A stretch of DNA of 64,000 nucleotides from positions 930,001-994,000 of the forward strand of contig CAXIUT010000230.1 of NCBI GenBank assembly GCA_964035545.1, written 5' to 3'. Made by a program: the position numbers and the translations under genes. Positions 1-16,119 of this stretch are shown here, piece by piece. This DNA is from Bugula neritina (Eukaryota > Animalia > Bryozoa). Within the stretch, counting starts at the first letter, position 1. The number at the start of each line of letters is the position of its first letter. The notes beneath the pieces are model-generated. The model did no database searches, was not told where the DNA came from, and saw nothing but the letters and a program-made list of their open reading frames with translations.

Positions 1-3000
1 CATACTGAAACACACTGTGACACACTGAAATACACTACAACATACTGCAACATACTGAAATACACTGGAACATATTGAAATACACTGCGACACATTGAAA
101 CATACTGCAACATACTGAAATATACTGCAAGATACCGCAACATACTGAAACAGACTGTGACATACTGAAATACACTGCAACATACTGCAAGATACCGCAA
201 CCTACTGAAATACACTGTAACATATTGAAATACACTGCATCATACTGCAACATACTGAATTACACTGGAACATATTGATATACACTGCAACACATTGAAA
301 TATACTACAACACACTGAAACATACGGCAATATACCAAAATATACTGCGATACCTTGAAAAATACTGCAACATACTGAAATATACTGCAAGTGGTGCAAC
401 ATACTGAAATACACTGTGACATACTGAAATACACTGCAACATACTGCAAGATACTGCAACATACTGAAATATTGTGCGACACATTGAAATATACTGCAAC
501 ATATTGAAATATACTGTAACATACTGCAACATACGGCAGCATACCGAAATATACTGCGACACCTTGAAAAATACTGCAACATACTGAAATATACTGCAAG
601 TGGTGCAACATACTGAAATACACTGTGACATACTGAAATACACTGCAACATACTGCAAGATACTGCAACGTACGGAAATACAGTGTAACTTATTGAATTA
701 CACTGCATCATACTGCAACATACTGAGATACACTGGAACATATTGATAAACACTGCAACACATTGAAATATACTGCAACACACTGAACCATATGGCAACA
801 TACCGAAATTTGCTGCGACACACTGAAAAATACTGCAACATACGAATTATACTTCAAGTGGTGCAACATTCTGAAATACAATGTGACACACTGAAATACA
901 CTGCAACATACTGCAACATACTGCAACATACTGAAATATTGTGCGACACATTGAAATATACTGCAACATATTGAAATATACTGTAACATACTGCAACATA
1001 CTAAAATACACTGCAACATACTGAAATACATTGCAATACATTAAAATATACTGCGACATACTGAAACATACTGCAACATGCTGAAATATACTGCAACATA
1101 CTGAAATACACTATAACATATTGAAATATACTGCAACATACTGAATTACACTCTAACATACTGAAATATGCTGTAGCATACTGAAATACACTGCAACACA
1201 CTGAAGTATACTGTAATACACTGAAATGTAATGCAACATACTGAATTATACTGCAACATAGTGCAACATACTGAAATACACTGTGACACACTGAAATACA
1301 CTGAAACATAATGCAACATACTGCAACATACTGAAATACACTGTAACATATCGAAATACACTGCAACATACTACAACATACTGCAACACACTGAAATACA
1401 CCGTAACATATCGAAATACACTGCAACATACTGCAACATACTGAAATACACTGTAACATATTGAATTACACTGCATCATACTGCAACATACTGAAAAACA
1501 CTGGAACATATTAATATACACTGCAACTCTTTAAAATATACTGCAACACACTGCAACATACGGCAGCATACCGAAATATACTGCGACACCTTGAAAAATA
1601 CTGCAACATACTGAGATATACTGCAAGTGGTGCAACATACTGAAATACACTGTGACATACTGAAATACACTGCAACATACTGCAAGATACTGCAACGTAC
1701 GGAAATACAGTGTAACTTATTGAATTACACTGCATCATACTGCAACATACTGAGATACACTGGAACATATTGATATACACTGCAACACATTGAAATATAC
1801 TGCAACACACTGAACCATATGGCAACATACCGAAATTTACTGCGACACACTGAAAAATACTGCAACATATTGAAATATACTGTAACATACTGCAACATAC
1901 TAAATTACACTGCAACACATTAAAATATACTGCAACATACTGAAACATACTGCAACATACTGAAATATTTTGCGACGCAATAAAATATACTGCAACATAT
2001 TGAAATATACTGTAGCATACTGCAACATACTAAAATACACTGCAACACATTAAAACATACTGCAACATACTGAAACATACTGCAACATACTGAAATACAC
2101 TGTGACACACTGAAATACACTACAACATACTGCAACATACTTAAATACACTGGAACATATTGAAATACACTGCGACACATTGAAACATACTGCAACATAC
2201 TGAAATATACTGCAAAATACTGCAACATACTGAAACAGACTGTGACATACTGAAATACACTGCAACATACTGCAAGATACCGCAACCTACTGAAATACAC
2301 TGTAACATATTGAAATACACTGCATCATACTGCAACATACTGAGATACACTGGAACATAATGATATACACTGCAACGCATTGAAATATACTGCATCACAC
2401 TGAACCATATGCCAACATACCGAAATATACTGCGACACCTTGAAAAATACTGCAACATCCGAAATATACTGCAAGTGGTGCAACATACTGAAATACACTG
2501 TCACATACTGAAATACACTGCAACATACTGCAAGATACTGCAACATACTGAAATACACTGTAACATATTGAAATACACTGCATCATACTGCAACATACTG
2601 AGATACACTGGAACATAATGATATACACTGCAACGCATTGAAATATACTGCATCACACTGAATTATATGGCAACATACCAAAATTTACTGCGACACACTG
2701 AAAAATACTGCAACATACGAATTATACTTCAAGTGGTGCAACATACTGAAATACAATGTGACATACTGAAATACACTGCAACATACTGCAACACACTAAA
2801 AAATTGTGCGACACATTGAAATAGACTGCAACATATTGAAATATACTGTAACATACTGCAACATACTAAAATACACTGCAACATACTGAAATATATTGCA
2901 ACACATTAAAGTATACTGCGACATACTGAAACATACTGCAACATGCTGAAATATACTGTAACATACTGAAATACACTATAACATATTGAAATATACTGCA

Positions 3001-6000
3001 ACATACTGAATTACAGTATAACATACTGAAATATGCTGTAGCATACTGAAATACACTGCAACACACTGAAGTATACTGTAATACACTGAAATGTAATGCA
3101 ACATACTGAATTATACTGCAACATAGTGCAACATACTGAAATACACTGTGACACACTGAAATACACTGAAACATAATGCAACATACTGCAACATACTGAA
3201 ATACACTGTAACATACTGCAACATACTGCAACATACTGAAATACACCGTAACATATCGAAATACACTGCAACATACTGCAACATACTGAAATGCACCGGA
3301 ACATAATGGAATACCCTGCAACACATTGAAATATACTGCAACAGACTGAAACATACTGCAACATACTGAAATGTAATGTAATATACAGAAATATACTGTA
3401 ACATACTGAAATATACTGTAACAGACTGAAATATACTCTAACATACCGAAATACACTGTAACATACTGAAATATACTGCAACATACTGCAACATACTGAA
3501 TTACACCTGAACATAATGAAATACACTGCAACACATCGAAATATACTGCAACATATCGAAATGAATGGTAAACTAGTGTAATATACTGTAACATAATGAA
3601 ACATACCGAAACATACTGCAAAGTATTAAAGCATAGTGTAACACACTGAAATATACGGCAACATACCGAAATATACTGCAACACGTTGAAAAATATTGCA
3701 ACATACTGAAATATACTGCAACATACTGCAACATACTGAAATACACTGCAACACATTAAAATATACTGCAACATACTGAAACATACTGCAACATACTGAA
3801 ATATTGTGCGACACAATAAAATATACTGCAACATATTGTAATATACTGTAACATACTGCAACATACTAAAATACACTGCAACACATTAAAATATACTGCA
3901 ACATACTGAAACATACTGCAACATACTGAAACACACTGTGACACACTGAAATACACTACAACATACTGCAACATACTGAAATACACTGGAACATATTGAA
4001 ATACACTGCGACACATTGAAACATACTGCAACATACTGAAATATACTGCAAGATACCGCAACATACTGAAACAGACTGTGACATACTGAAATACACTGCA
4101 ACATACTGCAAGATACCGCAACCTACTGAAATACACTGTAACATATTGAAATACACTGCATCATACTGCAACATACTGAATTACACTGGAACATATTGAT
4201 ATACACTGCAACACATTGAAATAAACTGCAACACACTGAAACATACGGCAATATACCAAAATATACTGCGATACCTTGAAAAATACTGCAACATACTGAA
4301 ATATACTGCAAGTGGTGCAACATACTGAAATACACTGTGACATACTGAAATACACTGCAACATACTGCAAGATACTGCAACATACTGAAATATTGTGCGA
4401 CACATTGAAATATACTGCAACATATTGAAATATACTGTAACATACTGCAACATACGGCAGCATACCGAAATATACTGCGACACCTTGAAAAATACTGCAA
4501 CATACTGAAATATACTGCAAGTGGTGCAACATACTGAAATACACTGTGACATACTGAAATACACTGCAACATACTGCAAGATACTGCAACGTACGGAAAT
4601 ACAGTGTAACTTATTGAATTACACTGCATCATACTGCAACATACTGAGATACACTGGAACATATTGATAAACACTGCAACACATTGAAATATACTGCAAC
4701 ACACTGAACCATATGGCAACATACCGAAATTTGCTGCGACACACTGAAAAATACTGCAACATACGAATTATACTTCAAGTGGTGCAACATTCTGAAATAC
4801 AATGTGACACACTGAAATACACTGCAACATACTGCAACATACTGCAACATACTGAAATATTGTGCGACACATTGAAATATACTGCAACATATTGAAATAT
4901 ACTGTAACATACTGCAACATACTAAAATACACTGCAACATACTGAAATACATTGCAATACATTAAAATATACTGCGACATACTGAAACATACTGCAACAT
5001 GCTGAAATATACTGCAACATACTGAAATACACTATAACATATTGAAATATACTGCAACATACTGAATTACACTCTAACATACTGAAATATGCTGTAGCAT
5101 ACTGAAATACACTGCAACACACTGAAGTATACTGTAATACACTGAAATGTAATGCAACATACTGAATTATACTGCAACATAGTGCAACATACTGAAATAC
5201 ACTGTGACACACTGAAATACACTGAAACATAATGCAACATACTGCAACATACTGAAATACACTGTAACATATCGAAATACACTGCAACATACTACAACAT
5301 ACTGCAACACACTGAAATACACCGTAACATATCGAAATACACTGCAACATACTGCAACATACTGAAATACACTGTAACATATTGAATTACACTGCATCAT
5401 ACTGCAACATACTGAAAAACACTGGAACATATTAATATACACTGCAACTCTTTAAAATATACTGCAACACACTGCAACATACGGCAGCATACCGAAATAT
5501 ACTGCGACACCTTGAAAAATACTGCAACATACTGAGATATACTGCAAGTGGTGCAACATACTGAAATACACTGTGACATACTGAAATACACTGCAACATA
5601 CTGCAAGATACTGCAACGTACGGAAATACAGTGTAACTTATTGAATTACACTGCATCATACTGCAACATACTGAGATACACTGGAACATATTGATATACA
5701 CTGCAACACATTGAAATATACTGCAACACACTGAACCATATGGCAACATACCGAAATTTACTGCGACACACTGAAAAATACTGCAACATATTGAAATATA
5801 CTGTAACATACTGCAACATACTAAATTACACTGCAACACATTAAAATATACTGCAACATACTGAAACATACTGCAACATACTGAAATATTTTGCGACGCA
5901 ATAAAATATACTGCAACATATTGAAATATACTGTAGCATACTGCAACATACTAAAATACACTGCAACACATTAAAACATACTGCAACATACTGAAACATA

Positions 6001-6263
6001 CTGCAACATACTGAAATACACTGTGACACACTGAAATACACTACAACATACTGCAACATACTTAAATACACTGGAACATATTGAAATACACTGCGACACA
6101 TTGAAACATACTGCAACATACTGAAATATACTGCAAAATACTGCAACATACTGAAACAGACTGTGACATACTGAAATACACTGCAACATACTGCAAGATA
6201 CCGCAACCTACTGAAATACACTGTAACATATTGAAATACACTGCATCATACTGCAACATACTG
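1..6263 (+). repeat. HOR with 3921-bp offset: ~1-2342 recurs at ~3922-6263
   Basis: Near-identical ORFs are displaced by exactly 3921 (35/3956, 202/4123, 708/4629, 1511/5432, 2050/5971). The match ends at 2341 'tgagatacac' vs 6262 'tgaattacac'. 3921 = 393 monomers with nine 9-bp units, which I counted. Confidence 0.93.
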
Positions 6264-9200
6264 AATTACACTGGAACATATTGATATACACTGCAACACA
6301 TTTAAATATACTGCAACACACTGAAACATACGGCAATATACCAAAATATACTGCGACACCTTGAAAAATACTGCAACATCCGAAATATACTGCAAGTGGT
6401 GCAACATACTGAAATACACTGTGACATACTGAAATAGACTGCAACATACTGCAAGATACTGCAACCTACGGAAATACAGTGTAACTTATTGAATTACACT
6501 GCATCATACTGCAACATACTGAGATACACTGGAACATATTGATATACACTGCAACACATTGAAATATACTGCATCACACTGAATTATATGGCAACATACC
6601 AAAATTTACTGCGACACACTGAAAAATACTGCAACATACGAATTATACTTCAAGTGGTGCAACATACTGAAATACAATGTGACACACTGAAATACACTGC
6701 AACATACTGCAACATACTGCAACATACTGAAATATTGTGCGACACATTGAAATATACTGCAGCATATTGAAATATACTGCAAAATACTGCAACATACTGA
6801 ATTACACTGGAACATATTGATATACACTGCAACACATTGAAATATACTGCAACACACTGAACAATATGGCAACATACCGAAATTTACTGCGACACACTGA
6901 AAAATACTGCAACATACGAATTATACTTCAAGTGGTGCAACATACTGAAATACAATGTGACACACTGAAATACACTGCAACATACTGCAACATACTGCAA
7001 CATACTGAAATATTGTGCGACACATTGAAACATACTGCAACGTATTGAAATATACTGTAACATACTGCAACATACTGAAATACACTGCAACATACTGAAA
7101 TACATTGCAACACATTAAAATATACTGCGACATACTGAAACATACTGCAACATGCTGAAATATACTGCAACATACGAAATACACTATCACATATTGAAAT
7201 ACACTGCAACATACTGAATTACACTCTAACATACTGAAATATGCTGTAGCATACTGAAATACACTGCAACACACTGAAGTATACTGTAATACACTGAAAT
7301 GTAATGCAACATACTGAATTATACTGCAACATAGTGCAACATACTGAAATACACTGTGAGACACTGAAATACACTGAAACATAATGCAACATACTGCAAC
7401 GTACTGAAATACACTGTAACATATCGAAATACACTGCAACATACTGCAACATACTGCAACACACTGAAATACACCGTAACATATCGAAATACACTGCAAC
7501 ATACTGCAACATACTGAAAAACACTGCAACATACTGAAATACATTGCAACACATTAAAATATACTGCGACATACTGAAACATACTGCAACATGCTGAAAT
7601 ATACTGCAACATACTGAAATACACTATCACATATTGAAATACACTGCAACATACTGAATTACACTCTAACATACTGAAATATGCTGTAGCATACTGAAAT
7701 ACACTGCAACACACTGAAGTATACTGTAATACACTGAAATGTAATGCAACATACTGAATTATACTGCAACATAGTGCAACATACTGAAATACACTGTGAG
7801 ACACTGAAATACACTGAAACATAATGCAACATACTGCAACGTACTGAAATACACTGTAACATATCGAAATACACTGCAACATACTGCAACATACTGCAAC
7901 ACACTGCAACATACTGCAAGATACTGCAACATACTGAAATATTGTGCGACACATTGAAATATACTGCAACATATTGAAATATACTGTAACATACTGCAAC
8001 ATACGGCAGCATACCGAAATATACTGCGACACCTTGAAAAATACTGCAACATACTGAAATATACTGCAAGTGGTGCAACATACTGAAATACACTGTGACA
8101 TACTGAAATACACTGCAACATACTGCAAGATACTGCAACGTACGGAAATACAGTGTAACTTATTGAATTACACTGCATCATACTGCAACATACTGAGATA
8201 CACTGGAACATATTGATAAACACTGCAACACATTGAAATATACTGCAACACACTGAACCATATGGCAACATACCGAAATTTGCTGCGACACACTGAAAAA
8301 TACTGCAACATACGAATTATACTTCAAGTGGTGCAACATTCTGAAATACAATGTGACACACTGAAATACACTGCAACATACTGCAACATACTGCAACATA
8401 CTGAAATATTGTGCGACACATTGAAATATACTGCAACATATTGAAATATACTGTAACATACTGCAACATACTAAAATACACTGCAACATACTGAAATACA
8501 TTGCAATACATTAAAATATACTGCGACATACTGAAACATACTGCAACATGCTGAAATATACTGCAACATACTGAAATACACTATAACATATTGAAATATA
8601 CTGCAACATACTGAATTACACTCTAACATACTGAAATATGCTGTAGCATACTGAAATACACTGCAACACACTGAAGTATACTGTAATACACTGAAATGTA
8701 ATGCAACATACTGAATTATACTGCAACATAGTGCAACATACTGAAATACACTGTGACACACTGAAATACACTGAAACATAATGCAACATACTGCAACATA
8801 CTGAAATACACTGTAACATATCGAAATACACTGCAACATACTACAACATACTGCAACACACTGAAATACACCGTAACATATCGAAATACACTGCAACATA
8901 CTGCAACATACTGAAATACACTGTGACACACTGAAATACACTACAACATACTGCAACATACTTAAATACACTGGAACATATTGAAATACACTGCGACACA
9001 TTGAAACATACTGCAACATACTGAAATATACTGCAAAATACTGCAACATACTGAAACAGACTGTAACATACTGAAATACACTGCAACATACTGCAAGATA
9101 CCGCAACCTACTGAAATACACTGTAACATATTGAAATACACTGCATCATACTGCAACATACTGAATTACACTGGAACATATTGATATACACTGCAACACA

Positions 9201-12200
9201 TTTAAATATACTGCAACACACTGAAACATACGGCAATATACCAAAATATACTGCGACACCTTGAAAAATACTGCAACATCCGAAATATACTGCAAGTGGT
9301 GCAACATACTGAAATACACTGTCACATACTGAAATACACTGCAACATACTGCAAGATACTGCAACGTACGGAAATACAGTGTAACTTATTGAATTACACT
9401 GCATCATACTGCAACATACTGAGATACACTGGAACATAATGATATACACTGCAACACATTGAAATATACTGCATCACACTGAATTATATGGCAACATACC
9501 AAAATTTACTGCGACACACTGAAAAATACTGCAACATACGAATTATACTTCAAGTGGTGCAACATACTGAAATACAATGTGACATACTGAAATACACTGC
9601 AACATACTGCAACACACTAAAAAATTGTGCGACACATTGAAATAGACTGCAACATATTGAAATATACTGTAACATACTGCAACATACTAAAATACACTGC
9701 AACATACTGAAATATATTGCAACACATTAAAATATACTGCGACATACTGAAACATACTGCAACATGCTGAAATATACTGTAACATACTGAAATACACTAT
9801 AACATATTGAAATATACTGCAACATACTGAATTACAGTATAACATACTGAAATATGCTGTAGCATACTGAAATACACTGCAACACACTGAAGTATACTGT
9901 AATACACTGAAATGTAATGCAACATACTGAATTATACTGCAACATAGTGCAACATACTGAAATACACTGTGACACACTGAAATACACTGAAACATAATGC
10001 AACATACTGCAACATACTGAAATACACTGTAACATACTGCAACATACTGCAACATACTGAAATACACCGTAACATATCGAAATACACTGCAACATACTGC
10101 AACATACTGAAATGCACCGGAACATAATGGAATACCCTGCAACACATTGAAATATACTGCAACAGACTGAAACATACTGCAACATACTGAAATGTAATGT
10201 AATATACAGAAATATACTGTAACATACTGAAATATACTGTAACAGACTGAAATATACTCTAACATACCGAAATACACTGTAACATACTGAAATATACTGC
10301 AACATACTGCAACATACTGAATTACACCTGAACATAATGAAATACACTGCAACACATCGAAATATACTGCAACATATCGAAATGAATGGTAAACTAGTGT
10401 AATATACTGTAACATAATGAAACATACCGAAACATACTGCAAAGTATTAAAGCATAGTGTAACACACTGAAATATACGGCAACATACCGAAATATACTGC
10501 AACACGTTGAAAAATATTGCAACATACTGAAATATACTGCAACATACTGCAACATACTGAAATACACTGCAACACATTAAAATATACTGCAACATACTGA
10601 AACATACTGCAACATACTGAAATATTGTGCGACACAATAAAATATACTGCAACATATTGTAATATACTGTAACATACTGCAACATACTAAAATACACTGC
10701 AACACATTAAAATATACTGCAACATACTGAAACATACTGCAACATACTGAAACACACTGTGACACACTGAAATACACTACAACATACTGCAACATACTGA
10801 AATACACTGGAACATATTGAAATACACTGCGACACATTGAAACATACTGCAACATACTGAAATATACTGCAAGATACCGCAACATACTGAAACAGACTGT
10901 GACATACTGAAATACACTGCAACATACTGCAAGATACCGCAACCTACTGAAATACACTGTAACATATTGAAATACACTGCATCATACTGCAACATACTGA
11001 ATTACACTGGAACATATTGATATACACTGCAACACATTGAAATATACTGCAACACACTGAAACATACGGCAATATACCAAAATATACTGCGATACCTTGA
11101 AAAATACTGCAACATACTGAAATATACTGCAAGTGGTGCAACATACTGAAATACACTGTGACATACTGAAATACACTGCAACATACTGCAAGATACTGCA
11201 ACATACTGAAATATTGTGCGACACATTGAAATATACTGCAACATATTGAAATATACTGTAACATACTGCAACATACGGCAGCATACCGAAATATACTGCG
11301 ACACCTTGAAAAATACTGCAACATACTGAAATATACTGCAAGTGGTGCAACATACTGAAATACACTGTGACATACTGAAATACACTGCAACATACTGCAA
11401 GATACTGCAACGTACAGAAATACAGTGTAACTTATTGAATTACACTGCATCATACTGCAACATACTGAGATACACTGGAACATATTGATAAACACTGCAA
11501 CACATTGAAATATACTGCAACACACTGAACCATATGGCAACATACCGAAATTTGCTGCGACACACTGAAAAATACTGCAACATACGAATTATACTTCAAG
11601 TGGTGCAACATTCTGAAATACAATGTGACACACTGAAATACACTGCAACATACTGCAACATACTGCAACATACTGAAATATTGTGCGACACATTGAAATA
11701 TACTGCAACATATTGAAATATACTGTAACATACTGCAACATACTAAAATACACTGCAACATACTGAAATACATTGCAATACATTAAAATATACTGCGACA
11801 TACTGAAACATACTGCAACATGCTGAAATATACTGCAACATACTGAAATACACTATAACATATTGAAATATACTGCAACATACTGAATTACACTCTAACA
11901 TACTGAAATATGCTGTAGCATACTGAAATACACTGCAACACACTGAAGTATACTGTAATACACTGAAATGTAATGCAACATACTGAATTATACTGCAACA
12001 TAGTGCAACATACTGAAATACACTGTGACACACTGAAATACACTGAAACATAATGCAACATACTGCAACATACTGAAATACACTGTAACATATCGAAATA
12101 CACTGCAACATACTACAACATACTGCAACACACTGAAATACACCGTAACATATCGAAATACACTGCAACATACTGCAACATACTGAAATACACTGTAACA

Positions 12201-15200
12201 TATTGAATTACACTGCATCATACTGCAACATACTGAAAAACACTGGAACATATTAATATACACTGCAACTCTTTAAAATATACTGCAACACACTGCAACA
12301 TACGGCAGCATACCGAAATATACTGCGACACCTTGAAAAATACTGCAACATACTGAGATATACTGCAAGTGGTGCAACATACTGAAATACACTGTGACAT
12401 ACTGAAATACACTGCAACATACTGCAAGATACTGCAACGTACGGAAATACAGTGTAACTTATTGAATTACACTGCATCATACTGCAACATACTGAGATAC
12501 ACTGGAACATATTGATATACACTGCAACACATTGAAATATACTGCAACACACTGAACCATATGGCAACATACCGAAATTTACTGCGACACACTGAAAAAT
12601 ACTGCAACATATTGAAATATACTGTAACATACTGCAACATACTAAATTACACTGCAACACATTAAAATATACTGCAACATACTGAAACATACTGCAACAT
12701 ACTGAAATATTTTGCGACGCAATAAAATATACTGCAACATATTGAAATATACTGTAGCATACTGCGACATACTAAAATACACTGCAACACATTAAAACAT
12801 ACTGCAACATACTGAAACATACTGCAACATACTGAAATACACTGTGACACACTGAAATACACTACAACATACTGCAACATACTTAAATACACTGGAACAT
12901 ATTGAAATACACTGCGACACATTGAAACATACTGCAACATACTGAAATATACTGCAAAATACTGCAACATACTGAAACAGACTGTGACATACTGAAATAC
13001 ACTGCAACATACTGCAAGATACCGCAACCTACTGAAATACACTGTAACATATTGAAATACACTGCATCATACTGCAACATACTGAATTACACTGGAACAT
13101 ATTGATATACACTGCAACACATTTAAATATACTGCAACACACTGAAACATACGGCAATATAGCAAAATATACTGCGACACCTTGAAAAATACTGCAACAT
13201 CCGAAATATACTGCAAGTGGTGCAACATACTGAAATACACTGTGACATACTGAAATAGACTGCAACATACTGCAAGATACTGCAACCTACGGAAATACAG
13301 TGTAACTTATTGAATTACACTGCATCATACTGCAACATACTGAGATACACTGGAACATATTGATATACACTGCAACACATTGAAATATACTGCATCACAC
13401 TGAATTATATGGCAACATACCAAAATTTACTGCGACACACTGAAAAATACTGCAACATACGAATTATACTTCAAGTGGTGCAACATACTGAAATACAATG
13501 TGACACACTGAAATACACTGCAACATACTGCAACATACTGCAACATACTGAAATATTGTGCGACACATTGAAATATACTGCAGCATATTGAAATATACTG
13601 CAAAATACTGCAACATACTGAATTACACTGGAACATATTGATATACACTGCAACACATTGAAATATACTGCAACACACTGAACAATATGGCAACATACCG
13701 AAATTTACTGCGACACACTGAAAAATACTGCAACATACGAATTATACTTCAAGTGGTGCAACATACTGAAATACAATGTGACACACTGAAATACACTGCA
13801 ACATACTGCAACATACTGAAATATTGTGCGACACATTGAAACATACTGCAACGTATTGAAATATACTGTAACATACTGCAACATACTGAAATACACTGCA
13901 ACATACTGAAATACATTGCAACACATTAAAATATACTGCGACATACTGAAACATACTGCAACATGCTGAAATATACTGCAACATACGAAATACACTATCA
14001 CATATTGAAATACACTGCAACATGCTGAATTACACTCTAACATACTGAAATATGCTGTAGCATACTGAAATACACTGCAACACACTGAAGTATACTGTAA
14101 TACACTGAAATGTAATGCAACATACTGAATTATACTGCAACATAGTGCAACATACTGAAATACACTGTGAGACACTGAAATACACTGAAACATAATGCAA
14201 CATACTGCAACGTACTGAAATACACTGTAACATATCGAAATACACTGCAACATACTGCAACATACTGCAACACACTGAAATACACCGTAACATATCGAAA
14301 TACACTGCAACATACTGCAACATACTGAAAAACACTGCAACATACTGAAATACATTGCAACACATTAAAATATACTGCGACATACTGAAACATACTGCAA
14401 CATGCTGAAATATACTGCAACATACTGAAATACACTATCACATATTGAAATACACTGCAACATACTGAATTACACTCTAACATACTGAAATATGCTGTAG
14501 CATACTGAAATACACTGCAACACACTGAAGTATACTGTAATACACTGAAATGTAATGCAACATACTGAATTATACTGCAACATAGTGCAACTTACTGAAA
14601 TACACTGTGAGACACTGAAATACACTGAAACATAATGCAACATACTGCAACGTACTGAAATACACTGTAACATATCGAAATACACTGCAACATACTGCAA
14701 CATACTGCAACACACTGCAACATACTGCAAGATACTGCAACATACTGAAATATTGTGCGACACATTGAAATATACTGCAACATATTGAAATATACTGTAA
14801 CATACTGCAACATACGGCAGCATACCGAAATATACTGCGACACCTTGAAAAATACTGCAACATACTGAAATATACTGCAAGTGGTGCAACATACTGAAAT
14901 ACACTGTGACATACTGAAATACACTGCAACATACTGCAAGATACTGCAACGTACGGAAATACAGTGTAACTTATTGAATTACACTGCATCATACTGCAAC
15001 ATACTGAGATACACTGGAACATATTGATAAACACTGCAACACATTGAAATATACTGCAACACACTGAACCATATGGCAACATACCGAAATTTGCTGCGAC
15101 ACACTGAAAAATACTGCAACATACGAATTATACTTCAAGTGGTGCAACATTCTGAAATACAATGTGACACACTGAAATACACTGCAACATACTGCAACAT

Positions 15201-15734
15201 ACTGCAACATACTGAAATATTGTGCGACACATTGAAATATACTGCAACATATTGAAATATACTGTAACATACTGCAACATACTAAAATACACTGCAACAT
15301 ACTGAAATACATTGCAATACATTAAAATATACTGCGACATACTGAAACATACTGCAACATGCTGAAATATACTGCAACATACTGAAATACACTATAACAT
15401 ATTGAAATATACTGCAACATACTGAATTACACTCTAACATACTGAAATATGCTGTAGCATACTGAAATACACTGCAACACACTGAAGTATACTGTAATAC
15501 ACTGAAATGTAATGCAACATACTGAATTATACTGCAACATAGTGCAACATACTGAAATACACTGTGACACACTGAAATACACTGAAACATAATGCAACAT
15601 ACTGCAACATACTGAAATACACTGTAACATATCGAAATACACTGCAACATACTACAACATACTGCAACACACTGAAATACACCGTAACATATCGAAATAC
15701 ACTGCAACATACTGCAACATACTGAAATACACTG
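2575..15734 (+). repeat. HOR with 6821/6811-bp period: ~2575-8923 recurs at ~9396-15734
   Basis: ORF offsets 2866/9687, 4123/10944 and 6588/13409 = 6821. After loss of one monomer near 13800, 7219/14030 and 8178/14989 = 6811. The ACTAGT landmark lies at 3572 and 10393. Only a handful of substitutions were seen between copies. Confidence 0.93.
7082..7906 (+). repeat. Local ~440-bp tandem duplication (7082-7466 vs 7521-7906), re-copied at ~13893-14717
   Basis: The same ordered variants (ctatcac, ctctaac, gctgtagc, gtgagac, aacgtac) occur 440 bp apart, e.g. acactctaac at 7221 and 7661. Confidence 0.88.
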
Positions 15735-16119
15735 TAACATATTGAATTACACTGCATCATACTGCAACATACTGAAAAACACTGGAACATATTAATATAC
15801 ACTGCAACTCTTTAAAATATACTGCAACACACTGCAACATACGGCAGCATACCGAAATATACTGCGACACCTTGAAAAATCCTGCAACATACTGAGATAT
15901 ACTGCAAGTGGTGCAACATACTGAAATACACTGTGACATACTGAAATACACTGCAACATACTGCAAGATACTGCAACGTACGGAAATACAGTGTAACTTA
16001 TTGAATTACACTGCATCATACTGCAACATACTGAGATACACTGGAACATATTGATATACACTGCAACACATTGAAATATACTGCAACACACTGAACCATA
16101 TGGCAACATACCGAAATTT

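Noticed and set aside
787-795. Short palindromes (CCATATGG, TGCA, GTATAC) as hairpins, terminators or operators
   Set aside because: They are at most 8 bp and expected from monomer variants. The array has one orientation, so long inverted repeats cannot form.
385-870. CRISPR-like look of the conserved CAAGTGGTGCAACATACTGAAATAC motif recurring with variable intervals
   Set aside because: The intervals are 200 bp to over 1 kb of the same satellite, not unique 25-45-bp spacers. There is no leader and no cas gene.
792-974. Recurrent plus-strand 60-aa ORF 'MATYRNLLRHTEKYCNIRIILQVVQH...'
   Set aside because: It recurs only because the GTGG module is repeated, and it sits at the length threshold. 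There is no independent evidence of coding.
3558-3570. AATGAATGG resembling human satellite II/III (GGAAT)n
   Set aside because: It is a single short match within an unrelated 10-bp repeat, with no pentamer array.
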